A stretch of DNA of 64,000 bases from Dehalococcoidia bacterium (GCA_965224345.1 CBDCYU010000003.1:1865748-1929747), one strand, 5' to 3'; shown: positions 20,249-29,487, counted from the first letter of the stretch. A program made the numbers and translations. The notes: a model not told the origin generated them from the sequence alone.

Positions 20249-20612
20249 TGTTTACCCCCTTCAGGGTTATGAATTTCTCTGGTCACAATGTATCGCTGGA
20301 TCCTACGACGCGTCAAGCTAGTTCACTATCGAGTTAACTCGACGGTGTTGCTGATGAGGTATAGCAAAGCGCCGAGGGGGGCGAGGCCGGGCCGCTCCAG
20401 GACCACCTTGCGGCACTTGCCGCGAGGGCTGTTGCGCCCGCCTTCCAGAGAGTCACTTTCGGATCCAGCATCCGCCAACATCTCTGTTCTTGTCAAGACC
20501 CTGTGCTGGCTGTGATCCGGTGGCCGGCCCTTGCCAGAGCGGGGGCCACTCGTGTAGGTTCTTCGATGCCGGCCTTGGCGGCGGCGAAGGCAGCGATACG
20601 ACAGAGGAACAG

Positions 20613-21767
20613 GTGGCGGACTTGGAGAACGGCTCCGACTACTACATCGAGGCTGCCCGCACGTTGGCGGCGCGCGCCGCGGAGGAGGCGGACCGCATAG
20701 ACCGCGAGCGCGAGATACCTCCCGGTCTCGCCGCCGAGCTTGCGGATAGGGGCCTCTTTCGTCTGCTCATGCCCCGGACCTTGGGCGGTGCGGAGATGGA
20801 CTACCTGGACTTTCTGGAGATTGTCCGGATATTCGGCGAGGCTGACGGCAGCACCGCATGGTGCATCAACCAAAACAACGTGTTCGCCACCAACTCCGTC
20901 CGAATGCCGGAGAGGGCCGCGAGGGAGATATACCGCGACAGGAGAGCCGTAGTGACTAACGGTCCTCCCACTTCGTCGGCGATAGCGGTCCCGGTGAATG
21001 GGGGCTACCGCCTCACGGGGAGGTGGAACTTCAGCAGCGGCATCCGCCACGCCACCTGGGTTGCCGCCCTCACTCCCATTGGCCGTGAAGACGGTGGATC
21101 GATGGACCGCAGGGAGGTGCGAACGCTGCTGGTGCCGAGGGAGGAGGTGCGCCTGGTGGACGTATGGGAGGTCAGCGGCCTCAGGGGCACGGGAAGCTTC
21201 AGCTTCGAGGTCGACGATCTGTTCGTCCCGGGTCACCGGTCCTACGGCCCGTCCGACGGGTCAAGGGATGACGGCGCCCTGTACGTCATACCGACGAGCC
21301 TGCTTTTTCCCATGGGATTCGCGACGGTGGCGCTGGGCGTCGCCCGTGCCAGCCTGGACGCCGCCATCGAGCTGTCGGGCAGCAAGGACGTGGACCAGGA
21401 GGTGCTGCGGGACAAGCCCACGGTCCAGCGCCAGATCGGGACCGCCGAGGCCGTCTGGAGGTCCGCATGGGCCTTTCTGCGAGAGAGCGCGGCGGCGGCG
21501 TGGGACAGCGCGCGAAAGAGCCGCACGCTGTCGGTGGAGGAGCGCATCCTGCTGCGTGTGGCGGGCACCCACGCCATCCACGCGGCGGCGCAGGTCGTGG
21601 ACGTCGCCTACAACGTCTGCGGCTCCAGCTCCATCTTCGCGGCCAATCCCGTACAGCGCCGCTTCCAAGACGTGCACGTCATCACCCAGCAGATCCAGGG
21701 ACGCCTGTCCCACTACGAGACCGCCGGCCAGTTCTTCCTCGGCCTCGAACCCAAGGGGTTCTTTTGA
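20613..21767 (+). CDS. Acyl-CoA dehydrogenase-fold flavin monooxygenase/dehydrogenase (type-2 ACAD family)
   Basis: ADRIDREREIPPGLAAELADRGLFRLLMPRTLGGAEMDY, DGSTAWC, GGYRLTGRWNFSSG, C-terminal ACAD-like helices. GTG 20613 follows GAGGAA. The track ORF starts at 20490 with an implausible Cys/Gly-rich leader. Confidence 0.8.
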   Translation: MADLENGSDYYIEAARTLAARAAEEADRIDREREIPPGLAAELADRGLFRLLMPRTLGGAEMDYLDFLEIVRIFGEADGSTAWCINQNNVFATNSVRMPERAAREIYRDRRAVVTNGPPTSSAIAVPVNGGYRLTGRWNFSSGIRHATWVAALTPIGREDGGSMDRREVRTLLVPREEVRLVDVWEVSGLRGTGSFSFEVDDLFVPGHRSYGPSDGSRDDGALYVIPTSLLFPMGFATVALGVARASLDAAIELSGSKDVDQEVLRDKPTVQRQIGTAEAVWRSAWAFLRESAAAAWDSARKSRTLSVEERILLRVAGTHAIHAAAQVVDVAYNVCGSSSIFAANPVQRRFQDVHVITQQIQGRLSHYETAGQFFLGLEPKGFF

Positions 21768-21782
21768 AGGGGAGCAAACCGA

Positions 21783-21816
21783 CCTCTCCCCCTGGCAGCG
21801 GAGATCGAGAGGGGGG
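21783..21816 (+). repeat. 34-bp GC-rich intergenic REP-like element (family 1)
   Basis: CCTCTCCCCCTGGCAGCGGAGATCGAGAGGGGGG is near-identical to 38067-38100. Both lie immediately 3' of a stop codon. Confidence 0.6.
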
Positions 21817-21834
21817 TGCCCCTTTCCACGCCCA

Positions 21835-23919
21835 TCAGTTGTACGTGTCAGGCGGCGTCACGCCGTGGAAGATGGAGTATTCCGAGATAACCAGGTCCTC
21901 GCCGCCGAGAGCGGCCCACACGAGGACTGTGTAGACGCCATTCCCGTACCTGCTCAGCAGGCCGCCGATGTCCGCGTTCACCTCAAACGACGCGCCGTCT
22001 GCGCGCCACGACCGCGCGGTGACCCGCGACACGATAGTGATGCGCTCCTCCATGAGGTGGCTCGCGTCGTAGGCCGCTTGCCAGAACCGGTGCGCCTCGT
22101 TGTGTGACTGCGGCGCGGGCGCATCCGGCGGAACGTCGAAGGGGTCGGGGCAGGGTTTGTGCGTGGTCGTGTACTCGTCCTCGTCGTAGAACCAGCCTCC
22201 GGATAGAGGCGGTCTTAGCGAGGCTATCGAAAGGCCGAGGCTGTAGCAGTAGGTCCGAGAGACTTGACCTCGCGTGAGATTATGAGGCGGCGGGTCGTAG
22301 TATATCTGGACTCTCAGATCCTGTTCGTCCTCAAACATCACGCCGTTCTTTGTCGTTCCAGACATAGCGAGAACGCCGTCCTCGATTGCTGGCAGCTGGT
22401 CGTACTCCACGTAGTCGCCCTCGAAGTGCTGGAAAGCCATGACGTTGTATCGGTCCCAGGCGAGGCCGATGTTGATCTTCCTGTGCCAGGGGTCGAGGAT
22501 GTTGCGCCGGTGTCCTGGGCTGTCCATCCAGCCATCCATAGCTTCCCGGACCTCCTGCTCGATACTACGGATGGCCCGATAGCCATCGGATGCCCTGATG
22601 CAGTAGTCTGATCCACGCCCGTTCTCTCCGTTGGACTGGTAGCCTCCGGCAAGGCTGTACCTCATGTAGGGCTTCAGGCCGTCGATGCCCCAGTGGGACG
22701 AGAAGCAGCTCTCCAGCGCCGACTCGGCGTGCATCTGCGCGGCAACGTTGTCGCCGAGGACCACGGGGCTGACGCCCACCTTGGCCCGCTCCGCGTTGAT
22801 CAGCTCCAACATGTACCGTTTCTCCTCCACGTGGCGCAGGTCGGGAGGAAGCGAGGGTGGTGTCGTGGTCCCCGCGGGCGTTCCGGTCGGCTTAGGCGTG
22901 ACCGTCGGCACGGGCGTGCCTGTCGGTGTGACCGCTGGCGTCAGGGGAGTGACCGTCGGCACGGGCGTGTCTGTCGGCGTCGGGGGAGTGACCGTCGGCA
23001 CGGGCGTGTCTGTCGGCGTCGGGGGAGTGACCGTCGGCACGGGCGTGCCTGTCGACGTCGGGGGAGTGACCGTCGGCACGGGCGTGTCTGTCGACGTCGG
23101 GGGAGTGACCGTCGGCACGGGCGTGTCTGTCGGCACGAGCGTGGAGGTAGGCCCCGGCGTAGAGGTCGATGTTGGCGTCCCATACAGCGCCCGGACGGTT
23201 GCCTGTACCTGGGCCTCTACTGTCGCCTGCGTGTTCGGCCCAAGGCCTGAGCGCGGCGTCGCCAGAGCTTTCGCCACGGCCGCCTCCACAGTGGCCGCTA
23301 CGTTGGGGGGTATCGGAGTCGGCTCGACCCCAATCCACTCCAATGACTCTTCCAGGTCGACCTTCCGGGCCTTAAACCACTCATCCCCGTTCCCGTAGAC
23401 GATGAACCCCACCACGAACGTTGCAATGAGAGCCGCGACAATCAGGATTCCCAGTCTAGGCCCACCGCCACCGGAACGTGCAGGCCGAGTGGTCCTAGCA
23501 GGGGGACGACGCGGCGGCGGCCTGTACCTACCACGGCCGCTGCGACTCGTGTACGTCTGCCCGCGCTGAATCGGGGGATTCGACTGTGGCTGACTGCGCC
23601 TTGGAGAAGTCCGCTTAGGTGACGCAGGCACCGCGCTTCCGAGGGGTGGCGGGCCTCTGTCAGGAAGGGTGAGGTCGACGTCCTTCAGGAGTTCTTCGAG
23701 ACTTAACGGTCGTACCGGGCGACGGCGCTGGCGCTTATCTTTCTCCATATGCTTCGTTGCAATCCAGCCGACCTTGAAGCACCTGGGGCATCTAGTCAGT
23801 TTTCCGCCGAGTTTCTCCGTCCACCGGGCCATTATCTCGCCGGCGCCGTTGCAGGTCTGGCAGACCCTCCAAACATGGCTTGGTGGAGGTGTGGTGGTAG
23901 GTCGTGGGCGAGAGGCCAT
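21835..23919 (-). CDS. Membrane-anchored CAP/SCP-domain protein with N-terminal zinc ribbon and Pro/Thr-rich repeat linker
   Basis: CQTCNGAG...CPRC zinc ribbon, basic/Pro-rich segment, TM helix LGILIVAALIATFVVGFIV, (TPPTSTDTPVPTV)n linker. CAP-like block YMLELINAERAKVGV...SHWG...MDGWMDSPGHRRNIL, plus about 230 aa of unassigned C-terminal domain. ATG 23919 has AGGAGG 6 nt upstream. Confidence 0.8.
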   Translation of the reverse strand: MASRPRPTTTPPPSHVWRVCQTCNGAGEIMARWTEKLGGKLTRCPRCFKVGWIATKHMEKDKRQRRRPVRPLSLEELLKDVDLTLPDRGPPPLGSAVPASPKRTSPRRSQPQSNPPIQRGQTYTSRSGRGRYRPPPRRPPARTTRPARSGGGGPRLGILIVAALIATFVVGFIVYGNGDEWFKARKVDLEESLEWIGVEPTPIPPNVAATVEAAVAKALATPRSGLGPNTQATVEAQVQATVRALYGTPTSTSTPGPTSTLVPTDTPVPTVTPPTSTDTPVPTVTPPTSTGTPVPTVTPPTPTDTPVPTVTPPTPTDTPVPTVTPLTPAVTPTGTPVPTVTPKPTGTPAGTTTPPSLPPDLRHVEEKRYMLELINAERAKVGVSPVVLGDNVAAQMHAESALESCFSSHWGIDGLKPYMRYSLAGGYQSNGENGRGSDYCIRASDGYRAIRSIEQEVREAMDGWMDSPGHRRNILDPWHRKINIGLAWDRYNVMAFQHFEGDYVEYDQLPAIEDGVLAMSGTTKNGVMFEDEQDLRVQIYYDPPPHNLTRGQVSRTYCYSLGLSIASLRPPLSGGWFYDEDEYTTTHKPCPDPFDVPPDAPAPQSHNEAHRFWQAAYDASHLMEERITIVSRVTARSWRADGASFEVNADIGGLLSRYGNGVYTVLVWAALGGEDLVISEYSIFHGVTPPDTYN
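22898..23137 (-). repeat. 39-bp tandem repeat, about 6 units, in-frame (13-aa Pro/Thr linker units)
   Basis: Unit GTGACCGTCGGCACGGGCGTG(T/C)CTGTCG(G/A)CGTCGGGGGA restarts at 22949, 22988, 23027, 23066 and 23105, with a diverged first unit at 22898. Confidence 0.9.
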
Positions 23920-24048
23920 ATCATCCTCCTGTGGTAGAATCATGGGCAACATCGACTTGGGGAGACACCCAAGATGGAGTTGGACCTGGACGAGTAAGCT
24001 AGGCCGCGTCCTCGGCTATGAGGTCGGAAAGGAGAAGAAGGGAAACGG

Positions 24049-24531
24049 ATGTCAATTAAGCACTGGTGGGCAGGGGGAGTCCTCGCCGTCCTGGCGGCGT
24101 TCATCGTTGGGGTATACCTCAGTCCCGTCGGGGCTGAGCCCGCATCGGACGATCCCAACCCGATTGTGGCTACCTCCACCGGTCCTGTTTTTCAGATCGA
24201 GGGGTCTTCAGTCTAGGTCGAGAAACTGTACGAGATTGTCCCAAGCGAGTCGACCTTCGTACCGAGCAGTACCTTGGACAGCGCCACCAAGCCCACATCA
24301 GGTAAGTGGGTCTACCTAGCGACGATTGGAAGATACATCAGCCTGCCGGACTGGGCAGTGTGGTCCGGGACCGCTATCTTCGCTTATTGCTTACCCCCTG
24401 GGCCATGTGTCGATGCCCCTGTGCAGTTTTACCGAAAGGGGAATGTCGAGGTTGGAATCGACCAGTCCGGCATCCTTTACGGCTCGGAGAGCGATAAAGC
24501 TCTGTTCCCATTCTTCCAGGAGGACGAATAA
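24049..24531 (+). pseudogene. Hypothetical membrane-anchored protein, one frame with an internal TAG (alternatively two small ORFs)
   Basis: ATG 24049 gives MSIKHWWAGGVLAVLAAFIVGVYL (TM helix) ...QIEGSSV*VEKLYEIVPSE... continuing in frame to TAA at 24529-24531. TAG at 24214-24216. No ATG or GTG directly after the TAG; the first possible restart is TTG 24274. Confidence 0.35.
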
Positions 24532-24794
24532 TGGACCGACGACTAATCCTGGGGCTGATAGCACTGACGCTGACCGTTGCCGTCTTCGGCTCGTATACCG
24601 CTGGGGTCGTCTTCGCCAAGATTGTCGCGGGCAAGCGTTCCGTGACCGGCGACACCGCCTTGCGGTTCGGACACTGGTTCGGAGTTGATCCTCAATTCTG
24701 GCTGAACCTCCAGGCGCAGTTCGACCTCGCTGCCGCCGACCGGAGGGTCGGGGCGGTGGTACGCACATTGCCAACTGCCGATCGAAGCGCATAG
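24531..24794 (+). CDS. HigA-family (XRE HTH) antitoxin-like protein, N-terminally divergent or truncated
   Basis: IVAGKRSVTGDTALRFGHWFGVDPQFWLNLQAQFDLAAA matches the HigA signature (GKRxITxDTALRLxxxFGxSxxFWLNLQxxYDL). The start overlaps the upstream stop (TAATG). Confidence 0.5.
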   Translation: MDRRLILGLIALTLTVAVFGSYTAGVVFAKIVAGKRSVTGDTALRFGHWFGVDPQFWLNLQAQFDLAAADRRVGAVVRTLPTADRSA

Positions 24795-24979
24795 CGCATT
24801 CGGTTTTGCCCTTTGCACTGCGGCTATCCGTTGACCCCGTTGAGCGGGGAGGCTAAACTCTAGGTTAGCAGTCGAACGCGGTGACTGCTAACTTCGGCCA
24901 AGCGCCAACCGTTAATATATGTGACAGGGTTGCTTCCAGGGCAGGCGTGACGCCATAGAGTGATTCAGGAGGAGAAAAG

Positions 24980-25204
24980 ATGAGTTACGTGAGCTTCGGC
25001 TGGAACGGGCGTGATCGAGACATCGAAGTGTTCGTCAAGGACGGTGTCTGGATGACGCGCCATACCATCGACGGCGAGCCCGACGAGCAGCTGATCAGGA
25101 TGTTGGGCTCCCACGAGCTCCCCACTCCCTGGTCTGATGGTACGGACCGCGATACCGTTGTCAAGGATCTGTCCGACCGGAATCGACACGCAACGATCCA
25201 TTAG
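24980..25204 (+). CDS. Hypothetical small protein (74 aa)
   Basis: Strong RBS AGGAGGAG 5 nt upstream of the ATG. The opposite-strand ORF 24965-25201 has no RBS. Confidence 0.5.
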   Translation: MSYVSFGWNGRDRDIEVFVKDGVWMTRHTIDGEPDEQLIRMLGSHELPTPWSDGTDRDTVVKDLSDRNRHATIH

Positions 25205-25284
25205 ACCTCAGCCCCCGCGCACAGTAGGGGCCCCCAGCGCTGCCCCCCTGTTATGAGGGCGGCTGCGGTGGCGGGCATAGACTT

Positions 25285-28200
25285 ATGCAACATCTGTCTC
25301 TACCAAAGCTCCTAATACGGCGTCTCACCAACGACTGGAAGCTCCTGACAGCCGTATTCTTCGGCATAGCGGCTGCTACCGCCCTGGCAGCGGGAGGGCC
25401 GCTGTACCTGAGGTCGCTGGACCAGGTGGACTTCGAGGCCTCCGTTGACAGGCTGGACGCCCCCACGCTTACACTGCTCGTCTTCGGACCCGACACACCT
25501 GCGTCGGAGAGCGCGCTTGAGCAGATCGAGGCCTCGCTGTCGGAGGCCATCGAGACCCACCTCTCGCCAATCTACCTCAGCCGCGAGAAGGCCACCAAGG
25601 GCCCCAACTCCCTGCTGGGCGTCGAGGACCGTCCGATACCCCCCAGCGGCGGAAAGGGGGTGCTACTCTCGCGGGGCTTCCTGCAGTCCCTATCCAACCT
25701 GGAGAGCCACTCTCGGTTCCTGGAAGGCCGGATGGCTACCGACGAGACGAAGCTGACGTCTCAGGGGTTGGAGGTGGAGGCGGTAATCGGGTCGGAGACG
25801 GCCAGCAGGTTCTCCCTGGGACTGGACGACGTGGTTGGGTTCTCCCCGGGCATAGAGTCGCTGGACGCGGCCCTGGCCCGGATAGTCGGCATAATCGAGC
25901 CGAAGGACCCCACAAGCGATCTCTGGAGAGTCGCCGCCCCCCTGCTGGCCCCAGACCCCCTGACGGAGCCGCCGCCCCTGCTGATACAGGTCGACCCGGA
26001 GGAGCCGCCGGTGTCCGTATTCGTGACCAGGGAGGCCCTGTTGAAGGCCATCGGCGAGCCGACTATTGCCGCTCCGCTGCAGCAGGAGGTGTTCCTGGCC
26101 AGCAACACCCTCCTGGTGGGCCTGCCGTCCAGGCCGCTGCCCCTGTCCGGAGGAACGGGGATCCTGGCCTATATCGGCTACCTCCAGAACCTCTCGAACC
26201 TGGAGCAGCACGCGCGTTTCCTGGAGGGTCGGATGGCCGGCAGCCGGGTCGTCGACGGCCCCAATGGAAAGAGGGTAGAGGCGGTCATCCCCACGCAGCT
26301 TGCGACGCGGTACCACCTGGAGGTGGGCGACACAGTGGAGTTGTCGCCATCCCTGGGGCTGGACACCAGCATCACGGCGGAGATCACGGGAATCATCGAG
26401 CCGACGGACAGGACCGATGCCTACTGGAGCTTGATGTTCGGGTACCTCATACCGTCGTCATTGGTGTCCGACTCGGCGCCCGGAGGACCGGACGCCGACC
26501 CCGACGAGCAGCCCGAAGGCGGCCTCGTCCGCGCTCCGGGCATCCCTCTGGGGGTGCAGCCCAGCGGCAGGCCTCCGCTGCCGCTGATGACCTCCGAGGA
26601 GGTCCTGGCGGAGGCTACCTCGGCAACCTTCCCGGGGTCCCTCGCCAGGGCCACGTGGTTCATAGACATCGATACCGAGGCGCTCAAGGAGCTCCCCATC
26701 TCCGAGGCGCGCCAGCGCCTGTTGGGCTTCGAGGAGGCGCTGCAAAGAGCCATGCCGGGAGTGGACATAAGCCCGGGAGCGGTGAGAGGCCTCACCGCGG
26801 AGGAGGCGAACAGCAACCTGCTGTCCAGCGTTCCGCTGAGGCTGCAGATGACGGTGCTGGTCGGCGTGGCGCTGCTGTTCCTTGCGATGATGGTCTTCCA
26901 CCTGGTGCAGACCCGCGAGAGCGACTCGACCATGATGAGGAGCAGGGGATTGGGCATATCGCATCTCCTGAACCTGTACGTCTTGGAGGGCTTCATCGTA
27001 GCGCCGGCCGCCACCGTGGCGGGCATACTCCTGGCCCTGGGCGGCGTAACCCTGGCCGGGACCATGCCCTCTTTCCAAGATCTGACCGATGGGGACCCGC
27101 TGCCCCTCAGGGCGGACCTGACGCCCATCGTCTATGCGTTGGCCGTGGGGCTGTTGTGCCACGTCATGTTCGTAGTCCTGGGTGTGCTTTCCGCAATGCG
27201 GTTGCAGCTGGTGGGGCGCTTCAGCGCGTCCCGTCCGTCGGAGACACCCTTCTTCCAGCGCTACTACCTCGACATCGTCCTCATGGCCATCGGGGCCTTC
27301 GTCTTCTGGGAGCTGGATTCCAGGGGGCAGTTCGTGTCCGGGGGACTCTTCAAGGACGTCGAGGTGAACGAGACCCTGCTGCTGGCGCCGGGCCTCTTCC
27401 TCATAGCGGCGGCGCTGATCTTCAACAGGCTCTTCCCGCTGATCGTTCGATTCCTCAGCGGAGAGTCGGCCGCCCTGCTCCATCTCGTAACGGTCGCTGC
27501 GGCGGCAGCCGTCGCAGTCGGCACGGTCGTCGAGTCGGAGAGCGAAGAGCTGGGCCTCAGAGTCGGCCTGGGGCTTCTGCTCCTGGGCCTACTGGCCGTG
27601 TACTGGGTCACCAACCGGATCCGCGGCCTGTACCCCCAGGTGATGGGACTCCTGGTCCAGGCGGCGCTGGTGGCGGCCGTCCTGGCGGTCCAACGCCCCG
27701 AGAGGGGCGATCTGCTCTTCGCACCGCTAATCGTCCTCCTGTCGATTGTTCCCGCGCAGCTGCTGTTCCGGGGCCTCAGGGAGGCCGCCGCCGGGCTGCC
27801 CGCATGGGTCTCAGTGGGGCTGTGGCACATGTCGCGGAACTCGGTCCAGTACAATTGGCTGGTCCTCCTCATGGTCCTGGTAACGGGCGTTGCGGTCCTG
27901 GCGGCGACCGTCGGAGAGACCTTCGATAGGGGACGCCGTGACAGCCTTCATTACTCCGTAGGGTCCGACCTTCGCCTTACCGGCGTCGACATGATGCCCG
28001 GGGGTGTGGCCGCTTTGAGGGAGCAGCATCTCTCTCGATTTGGCGTCAGCTCAGCCGTCGTATACCGCACAGCCGGAACCGTGAGCACCGACATCGTGGA
28101 TGTCTTGGCGGTGGAGCCCGACGAGTTCGAGGCGGTCTCATGGTACAGGGACGACTTCTCCTCTCTCCCCTTGGAGGGCATCATGGGTCGGATCAGCCCC

Positions 28201-29487
28201 GAGCCCCGGTCCCCGCGGATCACTATTCCCCGGGACACCGAGAGCATCGGCATGTGGGTCCGGGGCGTGGATATCAGAGCGTCCCAGTCGGTAGCGGTGG
28301 TGCTGAGCGACCCGGAGGGAGAGACTGAGCTGGTGTTCCTGGGGACCGTAGCCAGCTCCGACTGGCAGCTTCTGAGAACGGAAGTGGCTGCCTCCGAGGC
28401 GCCCCGCCACCTGGCATCCGTGGTGACCTTCGAACCCCCGGGGATGAACCTGCCGCTGGCCGGATCGATCCAGGTCGACAATCTCCACGTAACGGCCGGC
28501 GTGCTGCAGGAGGAGATCGTACTCGAAGATTTCGAGGGCCAGCGGACGTGGGTGCCCATCGCCCTCTCCACTCTGGCATCCGAGAGCGAGTTCTCCCTGG
28601 CCGGGGACGCATTCGACGGCAACGGAGCCGGGCTATTCTCCTTCGGTATCCGGAGCCTCAACAGCTTCCGCGGCTTCTATCCGAGCCCATCCTCGGGCGC
28701 CATGCCGGTGGTGGTCAGCTCGTCCCTGGATGCGCCATCCGCCGCCGCCGTCGGGGACCTCTTCGTGGTCGAGATAGGAGGCCGCTGGATACCGGCCCGG
28801 ATCGCGGATATCGTGGAGTACTTCCCCACGACGGACGAGGACCGGCCGTTCATCCTCGCCGATCTGGAGAGCCTCCAGGCACACCTCAACGCCTTCCCGG
28901 CCCAGGTGTCGACCAAGCCGAACGAGCTGCTCATAGATACCGGCGCGGCAGACCGGCAGGCGTTGGTCGACACGCTGGCAGGCCTCGAACCGGCGCCGCG
29001 CCAGATCATGGACCTGGCCTCGTTGGTGGACGAGCAGGAGCTGGACCCCTTCACGACGGCGGCGTGGAGACCGGTGGCCTATCTGTCCATCGGCATGGCG
29101 TTGATAGCCACCGCGGTAACCTACATGGCCTACGTCGTGCTCTTCCTCAGGCGCAGCCGCGTCGAGATGGGCGCCCTGGCGTCCCTCGGCCTCTCCAGGG
29201 GCCAGACTCTGGCGCTGCTGGTCTTCGAGCACCTGTCCATCGCGGCGATAGGCATTGGCGTGGGCGTCTGGGCCAGCTTCATGACGCGCTCCCCCATCGT
29301 CTCGCCGCTGGCCGTAACGACGGAGGGAGGCCGACTCGTTCCCCCCTTCGTGATGACCACGGATTGGGGCCTACTGATACCGATTTTCGCCATACAGGCC
29401 GCTTTCCTGCTTGTCGGTCTGCTGGTGCTGAGCCGTAGGGCGGGAGACGCGAACCTCAGCTCCATCGTCAGAAGAGGAGAAGTCTAG
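25285..29487 (+). CDS. Giant FtsX/MacB-type ABC permease (1400 aa) with two FtsX modules and two large extracytoplasmic domains
   Basis: N-terminal TM helix, about 460-aa ectodomain with two MacB-PCD-like repeats, a TM cluster, a second about 360-aa ectodomain, and a C-terminal FtsX-like three-helix bundle (LSRGQTLALLVFEHLSIAAIGIGVGVW...). Confidence 0.85.
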   Translation: MQHLSLPKLLIRRLTNDWKLLTAVFFGIAAATALAAGGPLYLRSLDQVDFEASVDRLDAPTLTLLVFGPDTPASESALEQIEASLSEAIETHLSPIYLSREKATKGPNSLLGVEDRPIPPSGGKGVLLSRGFLQSLSNLESHSRFLEGRMATDETKLTSQGLEVEAVIGSETASRFSLGLDDVVGFSPGIESLDAALARIVGIIEPKDPTSDLWRVAAPLLAPDPLTEPPPLLIQVDPEEPPVSVFVTREALLKAIGEPTIAAPLQQEVFLASNTLLVGLPSRPLPLSGGTGILAYIGYLQNLSNLEQHARFLEGRMAGSRVVDGPNGKRVEAVIPTQLATRYHLEVGDTVELSPSLGLDTSITAEITGIIEPTDRTDAYWSLMFGYLIPSSLVSDSAPGGPDADPDEQPEGGLVRAPGIPLGVQPSGRPPLPLMTSEEVLAEATSATFPGSLARATWFIDIDTEALKELPISEARQRLLGFEEALQRAMPGVDISPGAVRGLTAEEANSNLLSSVPLRLQMTVLVGVALLFLAMMVFHLVQTRESDSTMMRSRGLGISHLLNLYVLEGFIVAPAATVAGILLALGGVTLAGTMPSFQDLTDGDPLPLRADLTPIVYALAVGLLCHVMFVVLGVLSAMRLQLVGRFSASRPSETPFFQRYYLDIVLMAIGAFVFWELDSRGQFVSGGLFKDVEVNETLLLAPGLFLIAAALIFNRLFPLIVRFLSGESAALLHLVTVAAAAAVAVGTVVESESEELGLRVGLGLLLLGLLAVYWVTNRIRGLYPQVMGLLVQAALVAAVLAVQRPERGDLLFAPLIVLLSIVPAQLLFRGLREAAAGLPAWVSVGLWHMSRNSVQYNWLVLLMVLVTGVAVLAATVGETFDRGRRDSLHYSVGSDLRLTGVDMMPGGVAALREQHLSRFGVSSAVVYRTAGTVSTDIVDVLAVEPDEFEAVSWYRDDFSSLPLEGIMGRISPEPRSPRITIPRDTESIGMWVRGVDIRASQSVAVVLSDPEGETELVFLGTVASSDWQLLRTEVAASEAPRHLASVVTFEPPGMNLPLAGSIQVDNLHVTAGVLQEEIVLEDFEGQRTWVPIALSTLASESEFSLAGDAFDGNGAGLFSFGIRSLNSFRGFYPSPSSGAMPVVVSSSLDAPSAAAVGDLFVVEIGGRWIPARIADIVEYFPTTDEDRPFILADLESLQAHLNAFPAQVSTKPNELLIDTGAADRQALVDTLAGLEPAPRQIMDLASLVDEQELDPFTTAAWRPVAYLSIGMALIATAVTYMAYVVLFLRRSRVEMGALASLGLSRGQTLALLVFEHLSIAAIGIGVGVWASFMTRSPIVSPLAVTTEGGRLVPPFVMTTDWGLLIPIFAIQAAFLLVGLLVLSRRAGDANLSSIVRRGEV

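Noticed and set aside
22898-23137. Regular 39-bp repeats considered as a possible CRISPR array
   Set aside because: The repeats are directly adjacent with no spacers. They lie in frame inside a long ORF, encode a Pro/Thr linker, and no cas genes are nearby.
24864-24892. 10-bp-stem hairpin GTTAGCAGTC-N9-GACTGCTAAC downstream of the HigA-like gene
   Set aside because: It could be a terminator or part of a small RNA, but it has no U-tract and no recognisable family features, so it cannot be assigned from sequence alone.
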